A DNA stretch of 56,542 nucleotides, filler included, from Dugesia japonica (taxonomy: Eukaryota), in the NCBI GenBank assembly GCA_001938525.1. It is 4 parts of 4 records of this genome, joined end to end, with 100 filler letters (N's around TTAATTAATTAA, not from the genome) between each part and the next. Parts side by side here need not be neighbours in the genome. Positions count along the whole stretch, not along the records: positions 43,481 to 56,542 come from MQRL01521338.1; 3 more parts are not named here. One strand, given 5' to 3'. A program made the position numbers and the translations under genes. Numbering within the stretch: the first letter of the stretch is position 1; the number at the start of each line of letters is the position of its first letter. Shown one piece after another: positions 51,401 to 56,542 of this stretch. The notes under the pieces are model-generated. The model ran no database searches, was not told the DNA's origin, and worked only from the letters and a program-made list of their open reading frames with translations.

Positions 51401-51729
51401 ATAAAACGTTTTTTGAAAATATTATTTTTAGATAGAAATGATTACGAGGTTATTCTGAATCAATTGATGTTAAAATCTCGACAACAAATTTTTTCAAAGA
51501 TTTTTAAAATTTTGGTTTATTCGTGGGATTCCCATAAAAATTTGAATTATTTGAACAAATTTCGTCTATTTCAGACGGATTTCCGTAAAACATTCAACCC
51601 AAACCGACTAGTCCGAGGAAATTATTGTCCAAAATCACTCAAAAATCAACCTTCTCGAAGAATTTCCTTAAAAAATGGTATAAAAATTTAAATTATTTAG
51701 TAAACTAATCAAATAATTCGGTAAACTTA

Positions 51730-51950
51730 TCAATCGAAAATTGGAGAAAGTAGAAGATATAAAAGAAACGTTATCATTAGTTGAAAAAATAGAAAGAAGA
51801 AAGTCTATTAATGTAGTAAAGAGTTATGCTAGTGTAACACGTGAAGTACGTACCGGGGAAGAAGACAAAATATCGAGAGAGTTACAAAAAGAACAGAACC
51901 ACAGTGTTGGATATGCCAGAGTTATGGGCACACAAAAAGAGAGTATTCAA
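51730..51950 (+). mobile_element. gag C-terminal fragment with decayed zinc knuckle
   Basis: IEKLEKVEDIKETLSLVEKIE...SYASV, then after a frameshift PQCWICQSYGHTKREY. Confidence 0.7.
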
Positions 51951-54828
51951 ATATTTGCATGATGGTATTTTAATTGATGAATAAATTTCTACATCTGAAT
52001 AAATGATTCAAAAAATAAAAATATTTTAAAAATAAAAATATTACATACTGAGACAAAATAAAATTCAAGTTAATGATTAATTACATAAATTAAAAGATAT
52101 TGATAAAAAAATTTTGAATTGTTAGAAAATAAAAAAAAAGATTTAAAAAGATTTTCAAAAATATACATAATTTTTTATAAGAAAATGGAGAAAGTAATGA
52201 ATATATAGATAAACTTATTAATATTATTAATTAATATAAACTTGGCAACGAGAAACACGCAATTTTTTAAAATTTTTATTTGCAAGACATTTTTGGAAAA
52301 ATCTGTCAATCATCAGTTATGTAATCAATCCAATAGAATAAAATTAAATTAAATTTAAAAGTAAATATGTGTCAATCTGAGTATTAAAAATCAGGTTATG
52401 CAACCCAATTAAAAAACCTCGTACGAAACTCTTTTTTGGGGAAGATTTAAGTCAAAACTAAGTACATATTCATACGAGCATTTACAACATATATATAACA
52501 AAACATAAATACGTAACATTCAACAATATTCAATAATATTTGACAATATTTCTCAATCATCAATTCAATACAAAGCGATCTACAGGTGCGGAACAATCCA
52601 GTGGCAGATATGGTTCATGAACTTTATTGTGTGATCCTTTGACTTTAATTATTGATCCATTTACAAATCATTTAATTTTTATTTACAATCTTTTTTATTA
52701 TTGTAAATAATTTTATTAGATTATTATAAAATGCATGCTAATTTTGTGTTATTTTCTTTAAATAACTTCTGTTATTGATTTAGTTATTAAAAAAAGGCAT
52801 AGAATTTTCATGAAAATTTTTATATTCTTATTAAATTTTTGACGGCTTACAGATCTGTTAGTTACAAAATAACTTTCTAAAAAGTCTATTAAATTCAATA
52901 AAATTTTATTTTTGAAAAAAAATTTCAAATCTTCAAATCTTCAAAAAACTAGATTTAAAAAGGTCAATATTTTAACAATGTTTTTAAATATTTTAGAAAA
53001 TTCTTGAAATTTTTTATAACATTTTCTTCTTCAAATTTTAATTTACAATTTTTAATCCTTACAAGGCCAAAAATAGTATATATACTAATGTGTTTCCTTA
53101 TATTTTTACTCATTTTTGAAAGCAAGTAAAACAGTTTGCTTCTTTTGTTTGAGTACAACAAAAGGTAAACACCATAACTCGATAATTCATAACTTGTAAA
53201 ATAACGAATTGGGTTTTGGATAGAAACTTTTCAAAAGTAATACTTATTGATTTTAATATGAACGACTATATAACGTATAAAATATAATTATATTTATATT
53301 AAACATATTGAGGTTTATAAGGATATTTACATAGCGTAACTATACGATACCTATTGGATTATTAGATTTGATAAAACCATCAGAAGACTCACGCACTAGT
53401 TTATTTATTTTGGCAATAATCCCCAAAGTATTTCAAAATCTTTAAAATTAATTATCATAACCGCTGCTCGAAACTGTAAAATCATCGATGCTTATTTTGT
53501 GTTTGCTATTTTAGCAGCAACAGGCATGATCTAAAACCGAACTTTACCTACTCAATTGCAAACGCTCAGTAAAACATACGCAAAGATTACTTTTTCTCAC
53601 ACCAGTAATCATGGCATCAAACCCGTTAAAATTAAATTGATAAACTTGGTTACCAACCAAAGTAGTACATTTGTTGTTTAAATAACTGGAAGCTTTTTTG
53701 AAGTAAAAATTCATCTAAATTTATTATCATCATAAATATTTTATGAGTGAGCATTTTAATGATTTAGCTCCTTTGTTAATTTTCCCCCATTGATCATTAT
53801 TTAATAATGAGCACAGTTTGTTATAACAGCTTGGATAGCAAATGGTACTAATAACTAATTTTAATTATATCTTAAAAACTTCTATTGTTGGAGGCTAGTT
53901 ATTTTTTTGTTTTAATACAGTATGCTACAACAAAGAATTTTTCAATCAAAGAAAGTGGAGTATACTGGAACAAATAACCAAAATTCGGCATAACAGATAC
54001 TAAATTTACTTGTTCCACAGCGCACATATCTATCTACTGATAAAAAAATATTAACCGGTAAGTTATCAACCTTTACAAGAAATAAAATAGTGATTCGTTA
54101 AGTTTTCGATATTTTAATGCATTAATTAAATTTTACCCCGATCTACTAGTTTTGAAAATGCTAACCTACCCCTTTTTCAAAATCATCGATCTTTAAATAT
54201 ATTGCTTAAAATAATTTTGTTATCAAAATATGTTATCATAAACGCTTTCATAAAGGCATTTTTAACTGATTCTAAGTCACCGAAATTTCAAATTTGGTAA
54301 GATGTTGAAAAACTAATGAAAACTACACTATTTTATCAGTTATGTGAAAGAAACAACAATTTTAAAGGAAATCTGAATTATGAAACGAGAGACCACTGAT
54401 GGTAATTTTCATCTAAGTATTTTTACACTTTAAGGTCCTAAGAATTAATGCTTTATTTAATTTGATTTTTCTTGATTTATAAAAAGTTTCAAGTTCAAAA
54501 ATAAAATAATAACGATATTTCCCGAGTCGACTTTTGAAGATGTTCGATTACAAATTTTACAAAGAAGAAGATTGATTTGTGATCCTAAAATCTTTTACTA
54601 AGACGGAAAGATGAAATTAATGTCCAAATCAAACAATTATTTTAGATGAATCTACACAAAATTAATTAGTTAAACGTTAGTCTATTATTTTATTATTGGT
54701 GAGTTAAATTATATTTGAAAATAAAATACAAATAACATCAAATAAATTATAATGATTAATTTAGATTTACCTTATTTTTTATTTAATTAAAAGCTTCTGT
54801 CAAAATATTATTTTGATTGTGTTATTAG

Positions 54829-54866
54829 AAATTCAAATTTTCGACTATTGTCTTTTTCAGGAATTT
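54829..54866 (-). ncRNA. Hammerhead motif copy with one core mutation
   Basis: AAATTC-CTGAAAA-AGAC-AATA-GTC-GAAA-ATTT-GAATTT; the same AAAAGCTTC flank as other copies. Confidence 0.6.
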
Positions 54867-56224
54867 AGTTTTACATTATTTTACATAAAATAGTTTGACA
54901 AAATAAATTGAATGGAATTTATATATTGTCAAAAAATATTAAAATGGAAGTTTGTTTTAATAAATCAATATATTTAAAAAATAATTATACAATTTAAGAA
55001 AATAATTTTCTAACATTTTGAAATTCAAAAATGTCAGAAAGCATTCAAAATTACACAATTTCCAAATTAGATGGTAATTAAAACTTTTTTTATTGAAATG
55101 GCTAAATTTAAGAATTAATATTTTTTATTAGATAAAGTATATTAAAAATTATAATTCAGTAAAACACTTCCTATTTTGAAGTCAAATTTTGTGAAAATCT
55201 TTAATGAAATGAATTTCTTATTTAAAATCAAATGTAATGCTTAAATTTTTAGTCACGATATTATATTTAAAACTTTATTAACTTCTTAAATCTCAATATT
55301 TTAAAACTTTATTTTAATCGAAGACATTAAATTGTTCGTTGTCATATTTTATATAATATAATCGTTGAATAATTTTAATTTTGTATTATTATATGATTTC
55401 GTTAATAAATAAAGATTTGGATAATAAAAGGTCAGTATTAGCATATTTACACTTCTAGTCTAAAATATGTTCTTAATTATCTATTCAGTTTATACATTTA
55501 CACACTTGATCTGGTAACTTTATAATATCGTTATAATACTAAATGACATCAAAGGCAACTGCGCCTGTTTAATTTCATTTTATTAAAGTTTGGTTGATGA
55601 TTTTTTTATGTTCTTGATTAATTTAAGTAATTTCTTTTACTATTCTCACGGTTAGTTCTCCTTGATGCTAATTTTTTTAATTCTATAAAATAATTTATTC
55701 ATTTTTAAATTACTCGGCATCGTATTTGTTCTCACTTTCCTATTTAATTGTTTCTCTTCAAGAAAAACATTTATTCATGGCTATATATTTCCAATGGTCC
55801 TCTTTTAAATGGAAAAGCGTCAATTGAGGATCCTTAATAATAGATCCTTAATATTTAGATTCTGAGAAAATCTGAAAGATATTTTTCAAAATTCTGTGTT
55901 TTATTTGTCTCATTAAGAAAAATNNNNNNNNNNNNNNNNNNAATGAAGAAATTATGTATGGAAGATTTTTTATAATTATTATCATATGTAGGGAAATCAC
56001 AAGAATTATATCATAATGGTTATTATTATTTGTAGAATGAAGTATCTTACTATAATAATGTACTTATACTACGACAAAATGAATTATTATTTTTTAAGAG
56101 GAAATTATTATTAATTAATAATTTCACCCAATAGAAATTTAGTTATATAAATATTAATAATGAAATGCTTGTATTTCGATATTATTTATATTATGAAACA
56201 TGGTTTGTAATAGTAAAATAAATT

Positions 56225-56542
56225 ATGTCTCAAAATATTAGTTCTGATTTGGAAAATGAATTACCAATTGAAAATTTACCTAACATGGTGTCAGCGGTAA
56301 ATACCGATTCTATTACAGAGAGGTTATTGACAAATGTGTTCTGCAGAGGAGATGATATTGAGAAATTTATCAAGCGGTGTGAATTGTATTTTGAAGTCAA
56401 AAATATCACCCATGTGAAACAACAGGAGAGATAAGTCTCGTGTTTGTTAGATGAAGATTTGTTGGAATAATATGCAAAGACGTTGAAAAAAGTTGAAAGT
56501 TTTCAGGCTCGTTTACGTATGGCATTTGAGAAAGAGAAAGAT
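56225..56542 (+). mobile_element. Start of a gypsy-type gag (disrupted, runs off the window)
   Basis: FCRGDDIEKFIKRCELYF...LLDEDLL...FQARLRMAFEK, with in-frame stops. Confidence 0.7.

Noticed and set aside
53330-54090. Possible GPCR pseudogene (minus-strand LSVDRYV) or hAT transposase remnant (plus-strand YWNK...TGKLSTFTRNKI)
   Set aside because: The two readings conflict, both are full of stops, and the motifs are too weak without a profile search.

Overview
Very AT-rich eukaryotic DNA with many (AAT)n tracts, probably a triclad flatworm (inference). The window is four contigs joined by artificial 100-nt spacers (N44-TTAATTAATTAA-N44 at 17293-17392, 26878-26977 and 43381-43480), so adjacency across spacers means nothing. 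Contig 1 holds a Ty3/gypsy pol fragment, one apparently intact host gene (a DEG/ENaC subunit with unusual Arg substitutions in pore motifs), minimal hammerhead-ribozyme motifs and satellites. Contig 2 holds a decayed Polinton/Maverick-like region: a protein-primed DNA polymerase B with zinc-finger and EndoVII-like domains, preceded by a restriction-endonuclease-like ORF. The polymerase is split by a complete 4047-bp gypsy element with 101-bp AGTT...AACT LTRs and a 5-bp TSD. Contig 3 is the best candidate for an undescribed system: a >16-kb minus-strand fragment of a giant, complex Ty3/gypsy element with a tRNA-Pro-like PBS, gag, about 4 kb of unknown coding sequence and PR-RT-RH-IN. These are followed by an Env-like multi-TM ORF, a small ORF, a complete intron-less TRAF gene (A20-like ZnF, RING, TRAF ZnFs, coiled coil, MATH) and a coiled-coil ORF; another ORF lies inside the presumed LTR. 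All of these ORFs are disrupted in this copy. Contig 4 holds gag scraps, Penelope-like RT and GIY-YIG fragments beside hammerhead repeats, a MULE/Phantom-like element with TIRs and TSD, and satellites. All domain calls come from motif recognition by eye; no database searches were run.
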